Notes: a model not told the origin generated them from the letters alone. A stretch of 64,000 bases of DNA from a virus (IMGVR_UViG_3300020048_006428:119178-183177); one strand, 5' to 3'; positions 1 through 9,937 are shown, numbered from the stretch's first letter. Numbers and translations: made by a program.

Positions 1-315
1 ATTTTCTTCCAAATAGGCAATTGCAATTGCAGTAATGGTAAGTAGGACTATATTTTCTGTTGTTAATTCTACATTTAAATTTGAGTTTTTAATTAAATGT
101 TCCACAATCGGATACATAGAACTTATACCAGTCCCAAATGAAAAAATCAAACTATAATTGAATTTTAAATCAGATGCTAATTGTTTTAAAATTTTATTGA
201 TAGTTTCTTTGTTTATCAAACCCTCATTTATTTTAGGATTTGTTAAATTTTCTACAAAATCTTCAAATATATCTAAAGATTTTTCATATTCTTTATATCT
301 TAATATCTTATTCAT
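1..315 (-). CDS. Hypothetical protein, partial (runs off the window start)
   Basis: Open frame from ATG at 315 (MNKILRYKEYEKSLDIFEDFVEN...) to the window edge, 105 codons; preceded by a TTAATATATA motif at 330-321. Confidence 0.6.
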   Translation of the reverse strand, partial: MNKILRYKEYEKSLDIFEDFVENLTNPKINEGLINKETINKILKQLASDLKFNYSLIFSFGTGISSMYPIVEHLIKNSNLNVELTTENIVLLTITAIAIAYLEEN

Positions 316-356
316 ATTTCTATATATTAATAATTAAATTTAATATATAGAAATAT
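314..356. promoter_or_regulatory. Back-to-back pair of identical putative late promoters (perfect 17-bp inverted repeat)
   Basis: ATATTTCTATATATTAA (314-330) and TTAATATATAGAAATAT (340-356) each end at the ATG of a divergent gene. Confidence 0.6.
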
Positions 357-941
357 ATGAAATACTTAAGATTATTTGAAAATTTTAATCAAACACAAAT
401 TGATTATTTATGTAAAAAATATAAAATTAAAAAATATAAAATTAATTCTGATGGATCAATTGATGTAGATGGTGATGTTTCTATAACTGGAAAAAATTTA
501 ACTAAATTACCACTTAAATTTAATAAAGTCATTGGTAATTTTACTTGTAATCATAATAAATTGACAACATTAGAAGGATGTCCAAATTATATCACTCTTG
601 ATTTTCATTGTATTAATAATAAATTAACATCATTAGAAGGATGTCCAGATTATATAGGTAGGGATTTTATTTTTCCTGGTAATAATGTAACAATTATAAA
701 AGATTATCCAAAAGAAGTTGTGGGCAGTCCTTATTACTCGGATAATCCAATAGAACCAATACTAAAATTATTTGAGGGAAATGTTAAGATATATTTAGAA
801 TATCAAGAAACATATAATTTTATTAGAACGGACAGTAAAATAGTTAAACATTTATTAGAAGAAGCTTTAAAAGATTATAATGAATATTATGGTGTTAAAA
901 AGGAATTACCAAAAGAAATAAAAGGATATACTTATATATGA
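357..941 (+). CDS. LRR-family protein, paralog 1 (3 x 21-aa repeats)
   Basis: MKYLRLFENF start, DGSIDVDGDV cap, FxCxxNxLTxLxGxP repeats, ELPKEIKGYTYI end. Confidence 0.85.
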   Translation: MKYLRLFENFNQTQIDYLCKKYKIKKYKINSDGSIDVDGDVSITGKNLTKLPLKFNKVIGNFTCNHNKLTTLEGCPNYITLDFHCINNKLTSLEGCPDYIGRDFIFPGNNVTIIKDYPKEVVGSPYYSDNPIEPILKLFEGNVKIYLEYQETYNFIRTDSKIVKHLLEEALKDYNEYYGVKKELPKEIKGYTYI

Positions 942-1585
942 AATACTTAAGATTATTTGAAAATTTTAATCAATCAGAAATTGACAAAATTTGTAGACAA
1001 TATAAAATAGAAAATTATACTATAAATCCAGATGGATCTATTGATGTAGATGGTGATGTTACACTTAATTGGAAAAGTTTAACAAAACTTCCACTTAAAT
1101 TCAATAAAGTTTCTGGTTATTTTTTGTGTACTTATAATAAATTAACAAGTTTAGATGGTTGCCCTAATTATGTAGGCAAGAGTTTTTTCTGTCAAAATAA
1201 TGAATTAACTAATTTAATTGGTGCTCCAATTTTTGTTGCTGATAATGTTGATTGTTCTAAGAATAATATAACTAATTTAATTGGTGCGCCAATTAAAGTT
1301 GGTAATACTTTTAATTGCTCATATAATGAATTAACAAGTTTAGATGGTTATCCTAAAGAAGTTGGATATATATTTAATTATTCAGGTAATCCAATAAAAC
1401 CAATAATAGATTTATTTTATTGCAATGTTAAAATTTATTTAGACTATCAAGAAACTTATAATTTTCTAAGAAAAGATTGTAAAATAGTTAAACATTTATT
1501 AATAGAAGCTTTAAAAGATTACAATGAATATTATAATCAATCAGTTGAATTACCAAAAGAAATAAAAGGATATACTTATATATGA
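938..1585 (+). CDS. LRR-family protein, paralog 2 (4 repeats)
   Basis: Same caps as paralog 1 and exactly 21 aa longer; ATGA overlap with paralog 1. Confidence 0.85.
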   Translation: MKYLRLFENFNQSEIDKICRQYKIENYTINPDGSIDVDGDVTLNWKSLTKLPLKFNKVSGYFLCTYNKLTSLDGCPNYVGKSFFCQNNELTNLIGAPIFVADNVDCSKNNITNLIGAPIKVGNTFNCSYNELTSLDGYPKEVGYIFNYSGNPIKPIIDLFYCNVKIYLDYQETYNFLRKDCKIVKHLLIEALKDYNEYYNQSVELPKEIKGYTYI

Positions 1586-2382
1586 AATACTTAAGATTAT
1601 TTGAACAATTTGAAATAGAAAAGGGTGATATTTTAAATCATCCATATCGTACACTAAATGATGTAACAGAAGATATAAAATATTTAGCACAAATATTTAG
1701 AAATCATTATATTGGTTCTTCATTTCGGGATAAAGAAGAAATTGAACTAAGACTTATCCAAAATTTAGAAAAAAGAAATTTTTCTCCATCAATAGCCAAT
1801 GCTTACCCATCATTCATAAAAATAGAAGAAATATTAAATAAAGAAATTGAATCTATTAGAAAAAAAGGTGGTTCAAGTGAATCCGAAACAAATGAATATT
1901 TAAAATTCTATAATGATTTTGCTGAACTCGTTCATATGGCACTTACGAAAAACATTAATGAAAATTATAGTATAAAGAATTATACATATAATGATTATAA
2001 ATATATTGTAAAATACAATGGTGATCATCTATACATAGAATTGCCTAATATTGGCTTTGTAGAGGGTTATAAGATGCCAATCGAACTTGATATTGCAGAA
2101 GATTTATCAAGTGATGAAATAGAAGAATTGGGTATAATTGATCCATATTTCACAATAAAACACATTGAAGTGTATGATAAAAGAAAAGGATATGGAAATG
2201 AACTTATGTCAGTTTTTTTAGACATAACAAATAAACTTGGATTAAATCAAATAATCTTAAATGCTTCTCCATTAGATAGAAATATAGATTTAGAAGGTTT
2301 AGTTGCCTTTTATGAAGATTGGGGATTTGAAGTTATAAAAAAATATAAAGATCATTCTATAATGATGCTAAATAGACTATGA
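1582..2382 (+). CDS. GNAT-family acetyltransferase with MKYLRLFE N-terminal tag
   Basis: C-terminal HIEVYDKRKGYGNELM (acetyl-CoA-binding motif A) and LVAFYEDWGFEV (motif B). Confidence 0.7.
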   Translation: MKYLRLFEQFEIEKGDILNHPYRTLNDVTEDIKYLAQIFRNHYIGSSFRDKEEIELRLIQNLEKRNFSPSIANAYPSFIKIEEILNKEIESIRKKGGSSESETNEYLKFYNDFAELVHMALTKNINENYSIKNYTYNDYKYIVKYNGDHLYIELPNIGFVEGYKMPIELDIAEDLSSDEIEELGIIDPYFTIKHIEVYDKRKGYGNELMSVFLDITNKLGLNQIILNASPLDRNIDLEGLVAFYEDWGFEVIKKYKDHSIMMLNRL

Positions 2383-4160
2383 AATATTTAATAAAATACA
2401 AAAACTATAAACTATTGGAATCGGTAATTGTTTCAAGTGATGATTTTAAGAGTATTATTACTAAATTACCAGACGAAAAAATATCAAATTATATTTATGA
2501 TATAATTAAATATGATACTGATGTTAATACAAAATATAACTATCTTAACTTATCAGATAAAAATGATGAAGTAGAATTTCTACCTGATAATCAATTCCAA
2601 AGATTCCTAAATGATGGTAGTTATGAAACAAGAAAAAGAAGTAACATAAATGTTGGTAGACTTGTATCACAAATTTTAAAGGATAATAATATAGACTTTA
2701 CTGAAACTGAATTGGTTACTTTTATAAATAATTTTAAAGCATTTCACAGTAAAATGAAAAATGTTGATATATCAATCGTTAAAGGAAATGATATATTGAA
2801 ATGGTATTTGATTGATAATTATATAGATTCAAATAATGGGACATTAAATAATTCTTGTATGGCAGATACAAAGAAAAATCATTTTATGAAAATCTATGCT
2901 GATAATCCAAATAAAATATCAATGGTTATAATTAAAGAAGATGATGGATTGGTTGCAAGAGCTTTATTATGGAAAATAGATGAATCTAATTACTATTTAG
3001 ATAGAATATATTATACAGATGGTTCACAACAAAGATTTATTCATAGTTGGGTATTAGAAAATATAGTAAATAATGGCAAAGATAAATTATTAAGTCATCT
3101 TGAATTTGATAATACACGTGGTGATATATCTATTCAATTAGACAAAATAAATTATGATTTTTATCCATATATGGATAGTTTTCCGTTTTTATATGAAAAA
3201 TTGGAAGATGGTGAACAAACAGGAAATGGATATGTTGCAAATTATAATCTATTAGATGATGGGAAGAATTATGATGATTATATGATATCCAGAATTCGAT
3301 CAAGTTCAACTGGTGAAAGAGAATGGTTAACCCATATATATTCAAAATTACTTGAAAAATGGTTTCCTAAAAATGAAGTTGTAGTAGTTATAACTAAAAA
3401 AGATAATAAACTTGATTATTTTGCAGTTCCTAAAAGTATGGCTTTTTATTCTAATTTAGAAGATTCTTATATACTCCAAACAGATGCTGTTTATTCAAAT
3501 ATATTATCTGACTATTTATCTGAATATAAATCTATATCACATCCAAAATATGGTGTTATACCAAAAGACAGTATTGTCAAAGCAAACACTAAATATATTG
3601 GGAAATATACTAACCCACTTGAAATATATAATGCACTTAAAAATGGTGAAGAGTTATATGAAATTGATGATGTTTTTGATCCGAATGGAAATGAAGTTAC
3701 TTTTGTATATGATACACCTAATAATGTGTTAGAATTATTTAAAAATGATTTACTTGTAGAAGATTATTTGGGGTATAAGAATATCGAAAAGATATGTGTT
3801 AAATTATTTAAAATAAATGGTGATTTGATGGAAACTTGTTTTGATAACAATTACATATTCTTTAAATATGGCGAAAAGTTGGGAAGATTTGAAAAAGATT
3901 TCTGGGCATACATTATGGAAGAAGATTGTATATTATTTAATAAAAATGAAATTGATTCAAATTACTACAAAACTGTTCCAATAGATTCTAGTCTAATAAT
4001 GGATAGACTTATTCATAATTTTGATATTAATAGTGTAATAGAATTTATAAATAATTCAAATATATCAGAATCTGAAAAACAAAAATTAATTGAAAGCAAA
4101 AATAAATATCATAATGAATTATTGAAAAACCAAGTTTATAAAAATAGAGTGAAAAAGTGA
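2379..4160 (+). CDS. Hypothetical 593-aa protein with N-terminal tag; possible PcfJ-like domain
   Basis: Long ORF; NSCM...YADNP...ARALLW...LDRIY core; three imperfect YSxxxxxY/W repeats. Confidence 0.55.
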   Translation: MKYLIKYKNYKLLESVIVSSDDFKSIITKLPDEKISNYIYDIIKYDTDVNTKYNYLNLSDKNDEVEFLPDNQFQRFLNDGSYETRKRSNINVGRLVSQILKDNNIDFTETELVTFINNFKAFHSKMKNVDISIVKGNDILKWYLIDNYIDSNNGTLNNSCMADTKKNHFMKIYADNPNKISMVIIKEDDGLVARALLWKIDESNYYLDRIYYTDGSQQRFIHSWVLENIVNNGKDKLLSHLEFDNTRGDISIQLDKINYDFYPYMDSFPFLYEKLEDGEQTGNGYVANYNLLDDGKNYDDYMISRIRSSSTGEREWLTHIYSKLLEKWFPKNEVVVVITKKDNKLDYFAVPKSMAFYSNLEDSYILQTDAVYSNILSDYLSEYKSISHPKYGVIPKDSIVKANTKYIGKYTNPLEIYNALKNGEELYEIDDVFDPNGNEVTFVYDTPNNVLELFKNDLLVEDYLGYKNIEKICVKLFKINGDLMETCFDNNYIFFKYGEKLGRFEKDFWAYIMEEDCILFNKNEIDSNYYKTVPIDSSLIMDRLIHNFDINSVIEFINNSNISESEKQKLIESKNKYHNELLKNQVYKNRVKK

Positions 4161-4170
4161 AAATAAAATA

Positions 4171-4202
4171 AAAACACATTATAATTTATAATGTGTTTTT
4201 TT
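4171..4202. terminator. Intrinsic terminator hairpin
   Basis: AAAACACATTATA-ATT-TATAATGTGTTTTT after the stop at 4160. Confidence 0.75.
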
Positions 4203-4254
4203 AATTAAACTAAAATAGATATATCATATATAATTAAAAAATAATTAATATAAA

Positions 4255-4980
4255 ATGACCATATCTTTAGAAAAGGTATTTTTTACATTTATTTTAAAAA
4301 ATAAAAGGCACTTCGGTATAGTAGAACCAATTTTTTTCAAAAATGCAGAAATACAATTAGTATATAATATACTTAGAAAATATATACTTAAAAATTCAGA
4401 AGCAGAAGTTCCACAACCAAGACAAATTCTTGAAATGGTGTCGCTTGAAGATAAAGAATCTTTAATTACAAAAGATATTCTAAAAGCAATGCTAACAGTT
4501 AATCTTAGTGAGTATGATGAAACTAATTTTATAATACCAAAATTTAATGCTTGGATATTATCTAATAGATTAAAAGCAGGCACTATTGATATAATAGATG
4601 AAACCAGAAATCTTGACACTAAAACAGACTTTGATTCAATATTAGAATCTGCTAATAAGATTAAAAATATTGTAGATCAAATGGCAAATATAAACTTTGC
4701 TGATGATGACGATCTTGGTGCAGATTTTGATGACCCAGAACAACACGCACAAGATTCTTCTAAATTTAAAATAAAATCAGGATTTGCTACTATTGATCAT
4801 ATGCTTGGTGGTGGTTGGGATATATCAACTTTAAACATTCTGATGGCTGAAACGTCCAACGGAAAATGTTTTTCAGGATTGATAAGGGTTTCAGAAGATT
4901 CTGAAAAAACAGAAACAATAAAAATAGAAGATTTTTTCAATAGAATTAAAAATATGTCTAAGGCGGTGAAAAAGAAATAA
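4255..4980 (+). CDS. dnaB: Replicative helicase (gp41/DnaB-like), N-terminal half, fused to the 37-aa N-part of a split intein
   Basis: SGFATIDHMLGGGW...LNILMAETSNGK is a Walker A that stops at Lys and is followed by intein Cys1 (TGT at 4867-4869), CFSGLIRV...KKK*. Confidence 0.85.
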   Translation: MTISLEKVFFTFILKNKRHFGIVEPIFFKNAEIQLVYNILRKYILKNSEAEVPQPRQILEMVSLEDKESLITKDILKAMLTVNLSEYDETNFIIPKFNAWILSNRLKAGTIDIIDETRNLDTKTDFDSILESANKIKNIVDQMANINFADDDDLGADFDDPEQHAQDSSKFKIKSGFATIDHMLGGGWDISTLNILMAETSNGKCFSGLIRVSEDSEKTETIKIEDFFNRIKNMSKAVKKK

Positions 4981-5002
4981 TATATAAAAATAAACAGCCA
5001 AT

Positions 5003-6448
5003 ATGAATAATTTATGGACAGATAAGGAAATTGATTTATTAACTAATAATTATATGTCTATGACATATAAAGAAATAGCTAATTTATTAAATAGAAGTGA
5101 AACATCAATTGAAAGAAAATTAAGTAGATTAGGATTATCCAAAAAAGCAACTGATGATTATACATATTGGGATGCTGAAAAATTGACATATTTAGTTAAA
5201 AATTATAATGATTATTCTTGTAAAGAATTAGGTGAAAAATTAGGATTTTCAGAAAAGAAAATTATAAAAAAACTATCTGATTTAAAATTAAAGAAGGTCG
5301 TTATCAGAAAAAAAGTTGAAAAATCAGAACATAAACATATAAACACAGGAGATATATGTTGTAAGGTTTGTAATAATGGATTTAAGAATTTAAAGGGACT
5401 TGAAATACATTTAACTAAAAAGCATAAAGAAGTAGATGTAGAAGCTTATTACTTAGAAAATATTGGTAGTGTGGTAGTCTGTAGAATATGTGATGAAGAT
5501 GGTAGGTTTTTATCACTAACTAATGGATTTAGGGACTTGTGTAAAAAGGAAGAATGTATTAAAAAATCATATGAAAGTGGTTCAATAGATTTTTGGATAA
5601 ACAAAGGTTATAATGAGAATGATGCAAAAATAAGATTTCAAGAATATACTACAAAAAGAGTTGAAAGTCTATTAAAAGGTGATGAAGAAAGATTAAAAGG
5701 AAATCCAAATTATTATAAGGAAAAATCACATAATACAAAACAATATTGGGTTAAGAAAGGTTTATCAAATAGTGATTCTATGATAAAATCAAATGATGTT
5801 ATGAAAATGATTTCATCAAAATCTTCAATTATATTTAAAAATAATCCAGAAAAATATGCATCTAAATATCCAACTAAAATTGAATATTATTTACATAGGG
5901 GTTTTACAGAAGAACAAGGTAGGGAAATGATTTCTGAAAGACAGAAGACATTTACATTAGAAAAGTTAATTGAAAGATATGGTGAAGAAGAAGCTAATAA
6001 AGTATATAATAGTCGCCAAGAAAAGTGGTTAAAATCATTACATAGCAACGGAAAATTGAAAGGTGGTTATTCATTAGTTTCACAAGAATTATTTAAAAAA
6101 ATAGATGAATATTATATAGATAATAATTTTCAATATATGTTAAAGAATGGCGAATTTGTGATTTCTAAATATTGTGTTGATTTTATTGACCATGATACAA
6201 ATAGAATAATAGAATTTAATGGTGATGTTTACCATGCCAATCCTAATATATTTAAGTTTGATGATACACCAAATCCATGGAATAAGAAATTGTTATCAGA
6301 ACAGATATGGGAAAGTGATAGGATTAGGAATGAATTAATAGAATCGTTAGGATATAAAGTTTTTGTTGTTTGGGAATTGGAATATAGAAAAAATACAAAA
6401 CAAACAGTAGAAAAATGTATAGAATTTTTAGATAAAAATAAGATTTAA
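5003..6448 (+). mobile_element. Free-standing homing-endonuclease-like gene (Vsr/PD-(D/E)XK-like C-terminus) between the split-intein halves
   Basis: N-terminal HTH-like repeats (WTDKEIDLL / WDAEKLTYL), C2H2-like CKVC...HLTKKH, C-terminal VDF...IIEFNGDVYHANP...LGYKVFVVWE. Confidence 0.75.
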
Positions 6449-6449
6449 A

Positions 6450-7613
6450 ATGTTAGAATTAGAATATATTGAAGCGGATAGTTTATTTGATGGGGTTTAT
6501 GAAGCACCATTATATGATAAATTTATTGAGGCTTATAGGGTTAATAATATTAAGGTTGAGACACCTAATGGATTGGTAGATGTAGAAGGTGTTGGAAAAA
6601 CCATTGAATTTGAAGAATATAGGATATTTACATCAGGGGGTAAAGAATTGATATGTGCTGATAAGCATATATTATATCGTTGTGATAATATGGATTTCGT
6701 TACATTAAAATGTGATTTAAATGAGATTTATTGTGAATATTTACAATTAGGTGATTTCATTATGACTAAGGATGGACCAGAAATGGTAATGGAATATGGA
6801 TTAACAGGTAATAAATCACATATGTATGATTTACAATTATCAGAAGGTTCAAATAAGCAATATTACACAAATGATATATTGAGTCATAATTCTTTATGGA
6901 TGCAGAATTTCGCTGTAAAATCTGCTGATATGGGTTATAATGTATTATATATAACTTTGGAAATGAGTGAAAAGAAAGTTATGAAGAGATTGGGTTCTAT
7001 GCGTTTAAAGATACCAATAAATGAATATGATAATTTGAGTAAGGATGTAGACTATATAAAAGCAAAAATTGATACATTAAAAAATTCAAATTCAAATGAT
7101 TTATTTGAAAAGAAGATTGGTAAAATAATAGCTAAATTTTGGGCTGCTGGAACTGCAACTGTAAATGATTTTGATAATTACATACAGAAACTAAAAGATA
7201 AAAAAGGTATAAAAATAGATTTTGTTATAGTTGATTATATAACTTTGATAGCACCAATAAAAGGAATGGCGGGTGGTGATAATCTATATTCAAAAGGAAA
7301 AGCTTTAGCAGAGGGATTAAGAGCAATTGGTGCTAAATACAAGATTCCTGTATTAACTGCAATTCAAGTTGCAAGGGATGCTTGGAATTCAACCCAAATA
7401 ACTTTATCATCTATACCTGAAAGCAAAGCCATTGCCGAAACTGCGGATACATTTTGGGCTATAATAAGGACAGAAGATATGAAAAGACAGAATATATATA
7501 GATTTAAAATGCTAAAACAAAGAGATGGTGACTTTTCGAGTTCCCAGATAAAATTGAATTTAAATCCTTTATATCTAACATTAGAAAATGATATATTCAT
7601 TGACCAAGAATAA
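6450..7613 (+). CDS. dnaB: Split-intein C-part (147 aa) fused to the helicase C-terminal half
   Basis: Intein block B (LICADKHIL), block F (MYDLQL) and G (DILSHN, ending at 6890), then Ser+1; SLWMQN...YITLEMSE...VIVDYITL...TAIQV...ESKAIAETAD...KQRDG are DnaB-family motifs. Confidence 0.9.
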   Translation: MLELEYIEADSLFDGVYEAPLYDKFIEAYRVNNIKVETPNGLVDVEGVGKTIEFEEYRIFTSGGKELICADKHILYRCDNMDFVTLKCDLNEIYCEYLQLGDFIMTKDGPEMVMEYGLTGNKSHMYDLQLSEGSNKQYYTNDILSHNSLWMQNFAVKSADMGYNVLYITLEMSEKKVMKRLGSMRLKIPINEYDNLSKDVDYIKAKIDTLKNSNSNDLFEKKIGKIIAKFWAAGTATVNDFDNYIQKLKDKKGIKIDFVIVDYITLIAPIKGMAGGDNLYSKGKALAEGLRAIGAKYKIPVLTAIQVARDAWNSTQITLSSIPESKAIAETADTFWAIIRTEDMKRQNIYRFKMLKQRDGDFSSSQIKLNLNPLYLTLENDIFIDQE

Positions 7614-8920
7614 TAATTTATTTAGGATATCATCATCATATGATATCCTAAATAATAAAATATTATTATCTTCACAAAATTTATTTTTTATTGAATCTCT
7701 AAATATAGTTTTTTGGAATTCAACTTCACCACCAAATACATCAATTGGTTTGTAATGTTGAATTCCATCATATTCAATACAAATTTTATTATCATATAAA
7801 TAAAAATCAAAAGGTAGTTTTCTTATATTCTTACATTCATCAAATTTATATTGTGATTCAAAACTTATATTATTTGATATAAGAAATTCAGATATTATTT
7901 TTTCACCTTTTGAAAATCTGCATTTTGGACAACCTTGTTTACAGTGAAAATGTGAATATATTGACTGTTTAAAAAAACCATGTTTATTACAAATAATTCT
8001 CACTTTATTCTTTATTGTTTTAAAATCATTTTTTGTGTGTGAATAATCATAATTTATATTTATATTTTTTAATTCATTTATAGCACTATCTATATCAAAA
8101 TTTGAGCATTTATAACAACCCGAACCATTTAAATGTGATTTTGCATTTTGCCAAAAATCGCCATGTATAGGACAGTTTATTTTAAGTTTATTAGATGTTC
8201 CTTTATAAGTGGATTCATAATATGAATACTTATTTTTAAATATATTATTACATTTATTTAAAAATTCATTATAATTTAATTTAATTTTATCAAAATGACA
8301 TTTTTTACACCCACTTCTCAAATGATTTTTCACACTTTGCTTAAATATATTATGGGTTGGACATTTTATTTCAAGTATTGATTTTGTGTCTTCAATAGAA
8401 TCAATATTAATATATTCAAAAAAATTATTATATTTAATATTAATTTTTTCTATTATTTGCTTCTTTGATAATTTTTTCTTATCATCAGCGCACTTTTTAC
8501 ATGAAATTCCCGTGTATGCAAAATTTGATATATTAGATTTGAATTCACCATGAACTGGACAAATAACAACTATTTTTGATCTTGTGTGAAATTCTTCTAT
8601 TTTTGATAAGTCATAAAATCCATTATATTTATCATTTATCATTCCAATGACTTTTTCCTTTTGTATATTATTTCTTATTTCATCATTACAACATTTTAGA
8701 CCATATATAATAGAATTAGCAGGTGATGTTTTTATATCACCGTGTTTTAAACATTTAAAACACGTTTTGGTCTTATTATTTATATAAATGAAGTTACTAA
8801 AATCTACTATATTTCCCCATTTAGAAATAAAATTATTAATAAAAATTTCCTTGTTTTCCATATATTTTATATGAAAAACAACAGTTATGTTTAAACTTTA
8901 ACATTAGAAAATGATATATT
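7576..8920. repeat. 22-bp direct repeat flanking the endonuclease insertion (duplicated helicase 3' end)
   Basis: TAACATTAGAAAATGATATATT at 7576-7597 and 8899-8920. Confidence 0.85.
7581..8861 (-). mobile_element. Free-standing homing-endonuclease-like gene (repeated YDYS/CPxHG Zn modules + PD-(D/E)XK-like nuclease)
   Basis: Repeated CPxHG.F and GCxxC modules; C-terminal LPFDFYL...CIEYDGIQHY...LFRISY; antisense to and overlapping the helicase 3' end. Confidence 0.75.
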
Positions 8921-8952
8921 TATGGATGCAATATAAAAAAAAAACAATAAAA

Positions 8953-9837
8953 ATGGAATTAAATAAAGAAGAAGAAGAATTCATTGAAAATAATGAAGTT
9001 GAAAATGAAGTTGATGAATCAGTTGATTCTTTTGATGATGATTCAACTGACTTTACAGATGAAGTAATTGAAATTGATGAAGAAGATTTGAAATTTGATA
9101 TTAAGTCTGAAACATCAGATGCTGTATTATCTAAGCACACAATACAAGGAAAACATAGTTTAAAATATGATTCTATTTTCAAAGGAAAAAAGGAAGATCC
9201 ATTAAGTGAAGAAAATGCCGAATATACAAGTGGATATAATGAAACATTTGAGGTTGATAAATCTTCACATCATTGGTATGAATCGGTTGATAATGAAAAT
9301 TATATAAAGGAAAAAAGGATTAAAGAAAGAGTATATGCTGTTTTATCCAATGAAACAGATATTAATTTTTTAAATAATAGACGAAAGCCATCAAGAGTTG
9401 ACTTTAATAGATATTATCAATTATTGAAGATTAATTTAAATGAGGATGGATTTACAAACATTGAATTATTTAATGAGTTAGCAGTTTATTTTTCTGATAA
9501 TTTGTTTAATATGTTTAAACTATTGGACAACAAATGGAGAAATCTTATAATATTTGAATTACAAGAACATATAGGAAAGCAGAATTATTCTGATGAAATA
9601 ATGAATAGGAATATATATGAAGGAACTGAAATAGAATTTATAGAAGATGATTTTATAAAAGATGAAATAATACATATAACTGGTGTAGTTATTGAAACGG
9701 ATTATGATAATAATTTATATAAAGTTAATTCATATGAAAAAATATATGAGGTGGAGCTTTGTAATATAACGAAAATATTAAATAATACTAAATTTAAGTA
9801 CAATTTGAATAAACTTAACAATATAGATTTTCTATAA
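8953..9837 (+). CDS. Hypothetical protein with acidic N-terminus
   Basis: The track start at 8911 falls inside the duplicated helicase end; the in-frame ATG at 8953 (MELNKEEEE) is more plausible. Confidence 0.6.
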   Translation: MELNKEEEEFIENNEVENEVDESVDSFDDDSTDFTDEVIEIDEEDLKFDIKSETSDAVLSKHTIQGKHSLKYDSIFKGKKEDPLSEENAEYTSGYNETFEVDKSSHHWYESVDNENYIKEKRIKERVYAVLSNETDINFLNNRRKPSRVDFNRYYQLLKINLNEDGFTNIELFNELAVYFSDNLFNMFKLLDNKWRNLIIFELQEHIGKQNYSDEIMNRNIYEGTEIEFIEDDFIKDEIIHITGVVIETDYDNNLYKVNSYEKIYEVELCNITKILNNTKFKYNLNKLNNIDFL

Positions 9838-9937
9838 AAAATAATTTCATTGGTATTTAATTTTTTAAAAAAAACCAATGAAATTTTATTTTATTCATTT
9901 AACTAATGATATATACATAACAAAAAATACTTAAATT

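Noticed and set aside
8911-8952. Track start for the acidic protein
   Set aside because: The ATG lies within the stranded helicase 3'-end duplicate; 8953 gives a more credible N-terminus.
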